NCBI GenBank assembly: GCA_035084275.1 | Contig: CM068744.1 | Coordinates: 84,382,001 to 84,446,000 of the forward strand | Length of the DNA stretch: 64,000 bases | DNA from: Hydrolagus colliei | Lineage: Eukaryota | Direction of reading: 5' to 3' | Shown: positions 35,201 to 46,993 of the stretch, piece by piece | Layout of the letters: each line of letters begins with the position of its first letter | Numbering within the stretch: the first letter of the stretch is position 1 | Notes under the pieces: model-generated | Seen by the model: the letters and a program-made list of their open reading frames with translations, nothing else | What the model was told of the DNA's origin: nothing | The model's database searches: none | Position numbers and translations under genes: made by a program

Positions 35201-36989
35201 TGTCCCCTTTAGCTGATTCATCAATCAGTGGAAATAATCTTTCATTAGTTACCTTATAAAGCCTTTCAGTATTGTCAGAATTTTCAGGTACAGAAAAGCG
35301 CTATACGCAGAGTTCTGGAATTGTTTGTTAATGTTTTTGTGTTATTTTGGAGTTTAACTCCATTTGCACCCTCAGTTCTATAAGTTGGTACTCCAACTTA
35401 AATGTAGTATTACAATCATTGCAAATTGATGTATCGCTGAAGTCATGTTCTCAAAGCAATCTCCATCCAGCACAGTTCACTTTTGCATTGTGTGGCTCAA
35501 CTCCTATTTACACTGCACTTCTGCCACAAAAGTCACGGTATCAAAAAACATTGTTGTAATGTTGCAATAGCAGAGGTGTGCTGGGAAACCATCTCTGTTC
35601 ACCTTAGAAGCTTAGGAAGCGTAATGTCAAGGGAATCTAAGAAAATATGGACAAATTTTCTTACACAAAGCTTTTATTGCACATGTATCTAATGGACATT
35701 ATACAAAATATTATATTGCAGTATTGTGAGAAGGCAAAATGGTTGATTATATTTACAGATTGATGCTTTGTACGTATTTTGTTAACCCACACAATCATTG
35801 ATACTGTTCTGTTTAAGAGTAGTTTGCTGCTCATGTAAGTGAAAAGCTTAATGTCAAACGTTGCAGGATACATCTTGTTCAATATAAATTCAGGGATCTG
35901 ACAGGTAAAGAAGTTTAGCCTTTGTCCTCTGTCCTGAATCATTCTCCCATTTAAAAAAAATGGTTTGGAATAATCAATTATTCTAAGTTTTCCTTCATGG
36001 CCCATCAATTAACTTTGACTGATTCTCTTTAATAAATGGAAATGCAAGAGAGGAAATGCGGTCACTTGGCCTGTGGTTAATGAACGACTGCTTTTCATCG
36101 TACAATAGCATGTTAAAAACAACAGAAAGCTACAGATGCACCTTTCCCCTGATACAGTAGTAATTTCTAATCTCGTACACAATTTCAAAGGTAAGCGATG
36201 GGTAGATGCAGATTGTGTGTGCAATCCCCCCACAAAAAAATCTGTGTTTATTTTTCACATGATGTTTCAGAGACAAACTATGAGGAAATCAAATTTAAGC
36301 TTCATCAAGGAATGGCTAAACAAATGCACCATTCTGTAATCAAATTTATCACACACTATTTGTATAATTAAACATGATTACTGCCAAAGCTGGCGTGGGT
36401 CAACATGTGCATTTGTAAGTAATTTGTGTCATGTCAGTTGGAATGGACAGTCTAGATGTATGAGCTTATAGGGTTAAATTAGGTTCAATAAGAGCCAATT
36501 ACACAGTGATCAATCACGATGATAGATCAAAATGGCTTTGAAAGTAGACCCAGTGAGTAATTTTCAGCAGGAACACGTCTTCTTTAACTTCTTTCAAATG
36601 CAAAAAGAGAAGTGCATTGTTTGAACCCAACATACTGGAAGGAAATGATACCTTGTACCAAAGCACTCATCAGTACACTCACTCAGGAATGTATTCACAC
36701 TTTCTCATTCTGTTTTGAAATAAATATGATAAATGCGATGTGTACAGAGGAAAAAGATGAACCATTGTGTCCACTGGTATTAAGCTTGTTAAATTGCAAT
36801 CCAAACTGCGGAGCTGTAAAGGATACTCCCTGCCAAATTATTGCGCCCCCCCCATCAAGCATTGTTACTGTCAGATATATTAAATTAAATGATATTGATT
36901 CATAGCTGTCCCTCACCGCACAACTGAGTCCTGTCCATTCCCATTACCTTAACATTAACAGAAAAGGTTGAGGGGAGATCTTATGAGAT

Positions 36990-37450
36990 CAACGACTGTG
37001 CGCAATTGACTGCCAAGTTTTGCCCACATAATAATAATAATCCATGCATTTCATATAGCGCTTTTTTACATCTTCGAGACGTCTCAAAGCACTTCACAGC
37101 ATGTACTGTAAAGTGAATTGACTATATTTGTGGGCGAAATGTGGCAGCCAATTGCGCACAACAGTGTTCCATAAACAGTCGTGGATTGAAATGGCCCATT
37201 TTATTATTGTGTTTTTTTTGAGGGATATTGTTAGGCATGTGGAGTAAGGAAACTTGCCCAAGGTTTTGCCCTGACCTGCCTGGATTTGAACATGGGTCTC
37301 ACGCTTGTAAGGCAAGTGCTCTAACCACTGAGCTACAGGACTCCACAATTCACTTTACAATATATTCTGTGAAGCGCTTTGAGGTGTCTTGATGAAGTGC
37401 TTAACTTTTGTTGTTGTAAGTGCCACATCAAATGCAAGGATTATTATTAC
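36990..37450. mobile_element. Full-length SINE (37030-37347, minus) nested in an older plus-strand SINE 3' half
   Basis: Host breaks at TTTGCCCACATA and resumes at ATTCACTTTACAATATATTCTGTGAAGCGC. Confidence 0.85.
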
Positions 37451-37464
37451 CAAGATTAGTTTGG

Positions 37465-38010
37465 ATGAAAGAGTATATTCGGCCCATCTAATCTCATCCT
37501 TCCAGTATATTCAACCTATTGTCATCTCATCACAGCAACCATCTTTTTTTTAATAAGTCCAGTATCCTGTCCTCAACCACTCTTGCTAGTAACCTGTTCC
37601 AGTTGTTAATTACCCTCTGCATCAAGAAAAACTTCCTGTTTTTTGTCTTGAAATTGACCTGATAGAGGTTCTTAAAATGACATAGGATTTTGATAGAGGA
37701 AATAGGGAGAACTTATCTCTGCTGGTCAGTGACTTAGAGGGTATCAATTTAAGACAATTTGCAAATGGAGAAGATTAGGAGGAATACTTTTACAGAAAAA
37801 ATTGTTGGGATTTGGAATGCCCTGCCTGAACAGTGATTGAGGCGGAATCCATATTAGCTTTAAAGAGAGAACAAGATAGATACCTAGAAAGGAATGATTT
37901 GCAGTGTTTGGGGACAAGGCAGGTAAATGTAACTGAATGGATTGCTCTTTCAAAGAATCAGCTCAGACACAATGGGCCAAATAGCCTTCCTCTGCGCTAA
38001 ATTTCTATGA
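37465..38010. mobile_element. Two CR1 3' fragments joined head-to-head (~37465-37655 minus, ~37656-38010 plus)
   Basis: Plus part GACCTGATAGAGGT...TTGGAATGCCCTGCCTGA...GGGCCAAATAGCC...TTCTATGA; minus part AACCTGTTCCAG...ACCCTCTGCATCAAGAAAA. Confidence 0.7.
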
Positions 38011-41000
38011 TTGTATTATATCAGGGGAAGGGAGATCCTGTATTCAAACATGGGAAATTGAACTTTCTGTGTCTAGTGTCTGTAAATTACAGATCATTTG
38101 AATTAAATTAGTTCAGTTACTGCATGGCTATGCTACTGAGTAAATTGAACTATACGAACAAGATCTCTATCCTTATCTCAAACCATTTTTTTTTGATAAC
38201 CAATGTGGCATTTAAAATTTCCACAACAGTCATCCCTTCAAGCCACTCAAAGTGAAATTTCACAATTGTCTAATTAGACCTCTTTTGAGTTGTGGACTTG
38301 AGTCACGAGGAGCTGTGTTAAGACTTCCTAATCTTATTTTGAGACTCAAACATTTTTTTCTCAGAGTTAAACTACTATTTTGTAATTGACTTTGCAACTT
38401 GTTACTTTTAATTATTTAAAATATATTCTAATGTCAATTACTTTTCAATTTTAATCACAGATTGAACGGATCAAAGTAATTATCATAAATTGTGTCTGAA
38501 TCCTTGAGTGCATCTTCTAACTTCTAGGTAAACACATATATCCATTATGTTTATATATTTATATATATTTATGCATACAGTATATCCTTTGATGTTTATG
38601 CATCAAAATAAAAGCACAATTCAAGTAATACAAAAATTGCTTCTGCAATTCTATCAGTTAGTGACATATCAGTTTTATGCAGTCATATTTGCTGCGGTTG
38701 GTTTCCAATATCTGCATAGGAAATTCAGTAAATGTAGAATATTTATATACCTGACACTTTATTATGACTCTGAACTTAGCAACTGTGAACGTGGCATGTC
38801 AGGTCTTTTTTCCATTCTTAAATGCATTCTTAAATCCAGCCAAGAGCAGTTCAGCGAAAGCCCTGCTTTATTGTCTGTGACTCATTGCCGGAAAAGAGAA
38901 GAATTTCTACTTTGTAACCGATAATTATAGCTTTGTAAAGACTAGTTTGAACGTCAGTGCAAGCTGACACAGATGCTTGGCATTATCTTGACACTGCAAT
39001 CTTATCTCATCTTTAGAAGAGTGCATCCATGGCACTGAGCTCTCATTTTTATCTTGCATATCGAACATAATGCTGACCTCTTGGAGTGAAGATTACAGGC
39101 ATGCATTTATGAATGGATGAGTGGCGGTGAGGATGGTGGGGGTGGGTGGTTGAGTTCTGCTGACTTTAATAAAATTGGAAAGCTTAGTTTCCTTGTGATT
39201 CTACAGGGCCCAGCACTCTTTGGTATATTACAATAAAGAACTTAAACTCACAAAATCTTTTCTTATTTGACGCTTTAATCCTATCACCCATCCCATACTA
39301 TTAGAGATACACAATATTGCTCACTGTAAGTATACTACTTGGTGACATGTTAAGAAAATCTAGCTCTCATCTTAACTGCAGTCGAGGGTTAGTCCTAATA
39401 GCTATCGCTGGTTATTGGTAACTTTGAATGCAAAGTTAACTACTTCAGCTATTTCTGTGATTGAAAACTTATGAGGTTGATTTCTCATGATTTTATGACA
39501 TATTATCACTCAAATTCCCACATAAACACTATCAAAAATAATCCATTAATAAGTGAACACCAAATCATTCTATTGTAATCTGATTGATACAATAGATGAG
39601 GGACTTTTTGGATCGTGATAACTGTTATTGTCCGGTAACTGCTAGCTATGGGACCACAGCACACCAATTTGGCACACAGAGGGAAACTGAAGTCCTAATG
39701 AAAGTTTTTGCAGGTACAAGGCAAAAGTCACAAGTTATTCCAATGCTATGACTTGCAAATAGTGATTGGTGAAAATATTTTTAGAAACAGCAATTAAGGC
39801 ACTGTATTGATACTGAAAGATCTACAGTAATCCTCAGCCTCTGGGAGTTACAACAAATGGGGTACTTCCTTATCAGCAGAGTAGGAACTTGCAATGTAAG
39901 CTCAAATTGGCTGTAGTTATAACTGGATTTATATTGCAGTATAACTGGATTTATACTGGAGTCAATGGGATCGATTCCATTCTGAAAATACCTTCTGGAA
40001 GTGGATCAGGAAGAGATTTGGAATCAAGTCGATGTTCTATTACTGAACATTTAGTATCGTTCAATGCGAACTTTGCATTAACACTAAATGTGCAGTGTAA
40101 ATGATCCAGAAAACTATTTCACTGCCACCTTCGTTCGTTCTGCAAAATTGTCTTATAGAACATGAACTGAAATGCTCCTTTTAATTTAATTGTCTCGTCT
40201 TATAAGGAATCGATCAGAAATTTAGTTTCAAACTTCGAGAACATCTTTTTTTTCCAGCACTGAATTACCAGCTGAAGTTCGAAGTAATCATTTAGCTTTT
40301 ATCATCTAACATGATGTCTCTGTCGTTCTGTGAATTCTGAGTGTTTAGTGGCATAAATTACAGTTAAGGAAACATATGTAACCACACCCAGTGAGATGAA
40401 GATTGAAAATTGAGATGAAAACAGTGGTAATTGACACAACACCCTCACATTTCTATTCCCTGAAATAAAATAGGCAAAATCCTACTTTATATTTTGTATT
40501 TGAAGTGCAACCACAGGTGCTCTTGTCTAAGAGATAAAATCATATTTGTGTAAGGGGAATTATAGATTAAGTACTAGTTTTTTTACCAGGAATGGTACAA
40601 ATATGTTTAGAGTCCCATCATGGTAAAATAAAAGACTTATTACAAATTAATCTGAATTTGCTTTTTCTGAATTTAAAGCTATTTGCTTTAATATCAAATT
40701 CATTTAATAAAAGAGCAATCAGCAGTGATAACTCTGGCAGACAGTGTGTTTATAATTTGTTTCCTATGGGTTTGTAATAGAATGATTATCACATTCCCAG
40801 GAGACAGTCTGGCAGACTTTAAAAGGTCTTTCCGATACCTATAATGGCTGAGGGCAGCAACTAATTCAATAGATTCGATCAAAATCATCCCTGCTTTCAC
40901 TGAGCCTGATTTATTACTTCAGCTATAGGTATTCATCACTCATTTTATTTTGATGTTGAAGCCTCATAAATTATGCCTCATAAATAAGAAGAAATAATCA

Positions 41001-41751
41001 ACAAAATTATATCAGCTTATCTCCAACCTTGGCACAAATCCCTTCCCTGATGGAAATATTCTCCGCTGACTTTTAGAAAACGAACGATGTAAACTGAGGG
41101 AATTTGTAAATAAAAAACAAGGCTATTTTTCATTAGCTCACTACATTGCTATGGAATGCACAGGAAAACAATTATTTGCATACGAGGGGAAGAAGTCCCA
41201 TATTCCATGCAAAGTATACAAGGGTAGCTGCAGTGCTTTAATAATAAATCATAATCCTTGCATTTTGATATAGCACTTTTCATGTCCTCTAGATGTCTCA
41301 AATTGCTTCACAGAATATACTGTAAAGTGAATTAACTGTATATATGTGGGCGAAATGTGGGCTATTCTATTAGAGGGCACATTTCATCAATTATAACGTG
41401 GTTGACAGGGCATCAAGAGAAAATTGTTAGGGACTCTTCTACTTACTGGCAGACCATTAAGCAACTGCAATGATGGTATATTCAAGACTGTCCCATCTGA
41501 CTCTGAATGATAAGATTGAGGGTTTTGTTTCAGGTAGGTTAGTAGGGTACAACAGAATAGCCAGGATAAATGTCTTTATGACTTTGATCCTTATGCTTTC
41601 GGGAAATACAGAAAGATTGTACTAAGTGACAAAAGAGAAAAGTCACGAGTTTAATTTACCACTATTTACATGAAAGGCGCTATATAAATGTAATTTTGTT
41701 GTTTAAGTGGGGTCCGTGCATTTTTTTTACAACAACAACAACAAAATTACA

Positions 41752-42425
41752 AAACACAAAATACTAAGGATGCTGGAAGTCTGAAACAAAAATAGAAGTT
41801 GGTGGGAAAACTCAGTAGGTCAGGCAGTATCCATAGAGAAAAGAAAGTGAGTCAACGTTTCGGTTCCATGACCCTTTGTCAGAACTGGGGTATGTTGGGA
41901 GGGAGAGGCTTTTAAGGGCAAGTTAGAGAGGGAGAGGCAGGACAAGGAAGACAGAGGAGACAAAGAAGACAAATGAGAAAATGTGTTAATTGATGGATGA
42001 TAACGGTGTGAAACAAAAAGATGGTGGGTTTAAGCAAAACTGGGGAGAAGAGGTGTTAATGGTGATGAGCAGACGAAACACCAGACAGGCAAGGGATGTC
42101 TGGAGTGATGATTGTAATGGGGGAGGGGGAGCTCTTATGGTCTGAAGTGGCTGAAATCATTGTTGAGGCCAGAGAGCTGTAGGGTCCCCAGCAGATAGAT
42201 AAGGTGCTATTCTTCAAGCTTTCACTGTGGGTCACTGGAACTGCGTAGGAGACCATGGATGGAGAGATCAGCCTCTGAAAGTGAGTGTGAGTTGAAATGG
42301 AGGAAGACCTGAAGATCGGGTTAACAGTACGTACAGAATGAAGGTGCTCTGCAAATCGGTCTCCCAATCTGCGCTGAGTCCCCCCAATATAGAAGAGACC
42401 ACATCGTGAGCAGCGGATACATTGT
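41752..42425 (-). mobile_element. Penelope-like retroelement 3' fragment (GIY-YIG endonuclease remnant plus terminal repeat)
   Basis: CIRCSRCGLFYIGGTQRRLGDRFAEHLHSVR; flanked by 12-bp direct repeat AACAAAATTACA. Confidence 0.9.
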
Positions 42426-43391
42426 AACAAAATTACACTTGTATAGTGCTTTTCATGTCAGGACAATGTCCCAAGGTACTGAAAGGGAATTGGATGGATA
42501 CTAATAAAAAGAATATTAAAGGGTGTGAGACGCAAGAAGGTAGCTTGTGTGGAGGAAAAAATACCAGCGAAGACTTATTGGCCTGGATGAGTTGTTTCTT
42601 TGACGTCTAAAGGCACTGAAAGAGGTTAGCAGTAACCATGCAGACTTTACTCCTCATATTGGTAAAAGTGGGCTTTAAATCTCTTCAGTGGTCTCTACTA
42701 CTTTAGCATAGCACCTGAAGGTAGTATTTCATTTCAAATTTACAGAATACGGTTTGTAAGGTACATTGGCTGCTTCTCTGTGTGCTGCAAAGGTTTGGCT
42801 TCAATCTTATGTTCACTCCTCACTCTGTTCAGAGCCTTTCATTTTCTTTTGAAAATCAGTGTTTCCTTCAAAAAGTGCTCCCACCAAAAGTTGTGTGATA
42901 TTAATGTGAACAGATCGAGTGATAGTGGATAACAGTGGGAAAACTCAGTAGGTCAGGCAGCATGGTCAATGGGCATGGTCAGGCAGTGGTCAATACAGTC
43001 AATTTGCTTTACAGTATATTCTGTGAAGCACTTTAAGATGTTTCGAAGACATGATAAAGTGCTACATCAAATGCAAGGATTATTAATATTATTATATCGG
43101 TAATTCACTGTTTTTTTTAATAAAGGGGAAATCCTAAAATAAATAAGTGATGAAAAGATTCCTGAAGCCATAAGCATTTGATAGACCTTAGAGTCAATAT
43201 ACTCTTAAAAATTCTTAAGTTTTCCCATCACTTTTTGGATGTTATTCAGTGTTGAGCAAAATTATAAAGGCAAGAGCCTAACCTGAAGAGCTGATATTGT
43301 TTCCTTGGTTTTCAAGAGCTTATACATATGACGGAATTTTTTTTGTCCGTAATCTCCTTACGAGATACACAATATACAAAATGCAGCATAT

Positions 43392-44443
43392 TGTGGAGTC
43401 CTGCAGCACAGTTGTAGAGCACTCCTCTCACAAAGCAGAGGTGCTGGATTCAATTCCTGGACAGGACAAAACATTGGGCAAGTTTCCTCACTCCACATGC
43501 CTCTGTTTACCAAGGAGTAAGTAGGAACCTGGTTGTCAGTCGATTGTGGATCGCTTTTCCCAGGATAATAATTCCTTTAGCAAAAAAAAAGTAATTAGAA
43601 TTTGCTCACTCAATCTACGACTGCTTGTGGAACACTGCTGATTGCAATTGGTTGCTACATTTTACCTACAATAATACAGTCAATCCACTTCACAGTACAG
43701 CAGACCCTCGCCGAACATGGGTGTTACGTTCCTGGAAAACAGTGGACTTGGTAAAATCACGTTCTGTAAGCTTAATAAGTCATGGGAAAAAAGGGGTTAG
43801 GGGAATCCATCCATAGGCTATCGAACCTCAAGCCTTCAGGCACATCCAAACCCGACCAACAGAGGGTACGTACTGAGTCTACAGCCGGCTGGCCCGCTCT
43901 CCCTGCTCGTTACTCTCCACGCTCTCACTGACTCACTGGAGACAATAAAACAGCATCTTACACTACCACAGCTTGACTAAATTATTTTACCTTTAGTCAT
44001 GGAAGTGTTGGGAGACTCTCTCACTTTCTCTGTCTCTTCTGTTTACCATGCAATGCCATCAGGTTGCTCCGAGGCCGAGGAATCATCGGACATATGCGGG
44101 AGCTGGTGGCGCCCTCCCATGTGCGCATTGCATCCTGGGCCTGCGCCCTCCCAAATGCGCGTGCGCGCGGGGCCAGCCAGCCGAGGAATCATCAGATTCA
44201 GTCGGGAGCTGCCAGCGTTCTTCCAATTGCACATGCGCGCAGGCCAGCCAGCGTGTATATGCAAATTTTACTCGCATTACGCAAAAAAGTGCCGCATTTA
44301 TTTATTTGCGTATAGGCAAATCCGCAGTCAAGAAAGTCATGTTCGGCAAGGGTTGGCTGTATATCCTGTGAAGAGCCGTGAAACGTCTCAAGGACTATAT
44401 CTCAAGGTGCTATATCAAACACACGGATTAATATTATTATTAA
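43392..44443 (+). mobile_element. tRNA-derived SINE interrupted by a MITE
   Basis: Head TGTGGAGTCCTGCAGCACAG; breaks at CACTTCACAGTA and resumes TATATCCTGTGAAG at 44360. Confidence 0.85.
43698..44359. mobile_element. Tigger/pogo-like MITE family C
   Basis: TA|CAGCAGACCCTCGCCGAACATG ... CATGTTCGGCAAGGGTTGGCTG|TA. Confidence 0.9.
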
Positions 44444-44615
44444 TCGTGTGATTCCAACAGTCATAGCAAGGTACCTGGGAGGCAAACCTTTGCAATGTCA
44501 TAAGGTGGATCATCATCATGATTGTTCATCATCACAGGTAGAATGTGAGGTGAAAACAATTCACAGCCAATAATGGAGGTGAAAATGAGAGTCCTATAAT
44601 GAAAGGGCTTCTTAC

Positions 44616-44937
44616 CTGATATTCATATTCTGTGTAAGGGAGCAACATAGCATCTCGAAATGATATTGAAGAGCCATTGTAAAGGAAGGTCATCCTTGCA
44701 TCCAGTCGTTGATGTGGTACCTGCCTTCTGTATAGTTCATAGTACAATATTTTACCATTGGGCTGTTGGGGTTTGGTCCATGATATGAGAAACATCGAAT
44801 GGATTCCTTTTGTATCACTCTCTAGCTCAATGAGAGGTGAAGGCTGTGAGCTTGGAGGAGCTTCTAGAGTTCGTATGGAAGCCCATTCACTGGAAGCACA
44901 GCCAAGGACTGTGCATGCTTCTATGCGTACTTCATAC
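44616..44937 (-). CDS. USH2A: USH2A exon 64 equivalent (YEVRIEACTVLGCASSEW...LLPYTEYEYQ)
   Basis: tccaag acceptor, gtaaga donor, 322 nt, phase 2-0. Confidence 0.95.
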
Positions 44938-45223
44938 CTTGGAGGGAAAAATTCCACAGGATCATTGGATGTGTAGAGCCCAACTCAAGAGTTTTGAACA
45001 AGTGAGTTTGTTCACAGTGCTTATCAATTTCAGTATTGAAACTGCACATTCCTGTTGGTTGCCCCTCCCCCCACCACCAGCCCACCCCCCCCCCCCCCCC
45101 TCTACAGGCAGTAAAATTGAAACATATGCAAAAGCCTTCCATTTTTAACGTTTAATCTTGCGCATTTAACCTCACACAAAGAAGGTCAGTGAGTTTTAAA
45201 TAAAAAATCTATTGTGTTATATA

Positions 45224-45923
45224 TTGTAAAAGCCCATTCATCTGGCATCCTCGGGACCTGGCCAATGCTGGTTAAAGCGCATGTCAGATATTCGGCCAAA
45301 AACCCAACACAAACATTATTATTTTTAAAAATAAAATTTAAATTTTTTTAAAACATATCAAATAAATAATAGACTAAATAATAACAGAATAGTGTATAGA
45401 TACTTACCAACAAAGAATAAACATTGATTACAGTCTATTGTACACAATCAAAGGGCTACTCTCCTTTTATTCTTTCTCTCTTTCACACACACAGTCAGTC
45501 TGGAATTTCAATGGCTCCAAACCTAACCCCCCTCCACTCCTCTCATTTTCCATCTAAATTAATCCACTCATCCCCTCTCTCTCTCCCCTCCTCTCCCGCA
45601 CCTCTCTCTCCCCCTCACACTCCTCTCTCTTTCTCCCCCCACCACTCTTTCCCTCTCTCCCCCTCCCCACTCCCCACTCCCCCCACACTCTCTCTCTCCC
45701 TGCCTCTCTCTGAAAGTGCACTACTATGGCAGCATTCAGAGGTAATGGTAGTGTACTCTGTGAGGGAAAAAAATGGCAGCGCCATCTTCAGGCACTAGTA
45801 GCAGCATTCCAAAATTACTGATACTGATACATTGTGCCGGATAATTGAATGGGGACCTTTTTTGAGGTGCTGGTTATACAGAAGTTACATTTGATCGGGT
45901 AACGGATAAACAGGCTTTTACTA
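45224..45923. mobile_element. MITE family A copy with internal CT-rich tract
   Basis: GTAAAAGCCCATTCATC ... GGATAAACAGGCTTTTAC TIRs; opposite orientation to 52311-53154. Confidence 0.85.
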
Positions 45924-46639
45924 TATTGAGAAAGGAGTTAGACCTATTATGGGTCATTCCAGTGTGTCCTAAATTTCCATTGAGGTGTGAAAGTCTGTAA
46001 TTACCAAAATATGTGTTCTCAATCCTTGTTAAATGGCACCTTGTCTTTCTAAACATCAATCCGTCTCTACAAGTTCCAACATAATATTCATTAAACTGAG
46101 GTTGGTTTAATATTCATTAAACTGAGCGCCTGTTTAGATGGGCGCTAAAGATCCCATGGCACAATTCGAAAAGCGGAGAGTTTTTCCTGTTGTCTTACCC
46201 AACAATCCCCCAGATAACATTGTTCATTGATTTCATGACTGTTTGCAGGCTATTGTTATTCACTAATTTACTGTCTTGTTCACCTATAATGTACACATTT
46301 ACTGCACTTCACAGACATTTCTGTGACACACTTTGAGACTCTGACATGAAAGGTGCTACATCGAATGCAAGAATTAATATTAATAATAACAGTATTATTT
46401 CTATTATTATTATCTGGTCCATTCTCTGCATTGCTTTTTCCTCCTCTCTATGCATGTATATGTACTTGGTTTAAATGCATCAGCAGGTTGTATTCACCTT
46501 ATATTTTATAGCACTCCGAGAACTACCTCGCTTTGAAGGTCGTTATATAAATGCCAAGTTGTTGTTGTTATTGTCACTGTCTCTGGTTTGAACGTTAGTA
46601 GCAAATTAGACATAATAGATTTACTCTACTCTTAACAAC

Positions 46640-46965
46640 ACAACAACAAGATTACATTTGTACAGCACCAATCATGTAGGGAGGATGTCCCAAGGTGCTG
46701 AACGGTCAGGGGGGGTCAGAGAGGTAGGATGATGGCTAATGGAACGATTGAAAAGGAGGGACTTGAGACTGGTCTTGAACGAGACTCAGGAGGGAGTAAT
46801 GCAAAGGGATTGTGGGATGGAGTTCCAAAGTCGCAGAGAGGCTGAAGGCCTGGCCGCCATTGTAGGACGGGAGACATGGAGCAGGCCAGAGCCTGCTGAA
46901 TGGGGGGAGCAGACAGGTTGATAGTGGGTCAGCAGATCAGGAGAGGTAGGAGGGGGTAAAGCTGT
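46640..46965 (-). mobile_element. L2-clade LINE 3' fragment
   Basis: (CAA)n tail, GGATGTCCCAAGGTGCTGAA, GGAGCAGGCCAGAGCCTGCTGAATGG. Confidence 0.85.
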
Positions 46966-46993
46966 GGATATTAACAGTACAAATAATACATAC

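Noticed and set aside
43999-44451. Cluster of overlapping ORFs on both strands
   Set aside because: GC-rich MITE interior lacks stops by composition; no transposase motif
46082-46126. 19-bp direct repeat TAATATTCATTAAACTGAG with a 7-bp spacer
   Set aside because: Only two units at the edge of an old SINE; a local duplication, not an array
46786-46993. ORF extension of exon 63 giving an alternative C-terminus (YVLFVLLISTAL...)
   Set aside because: Read-through past a good GTATGT donor into an L2 fragment; no evidence of use
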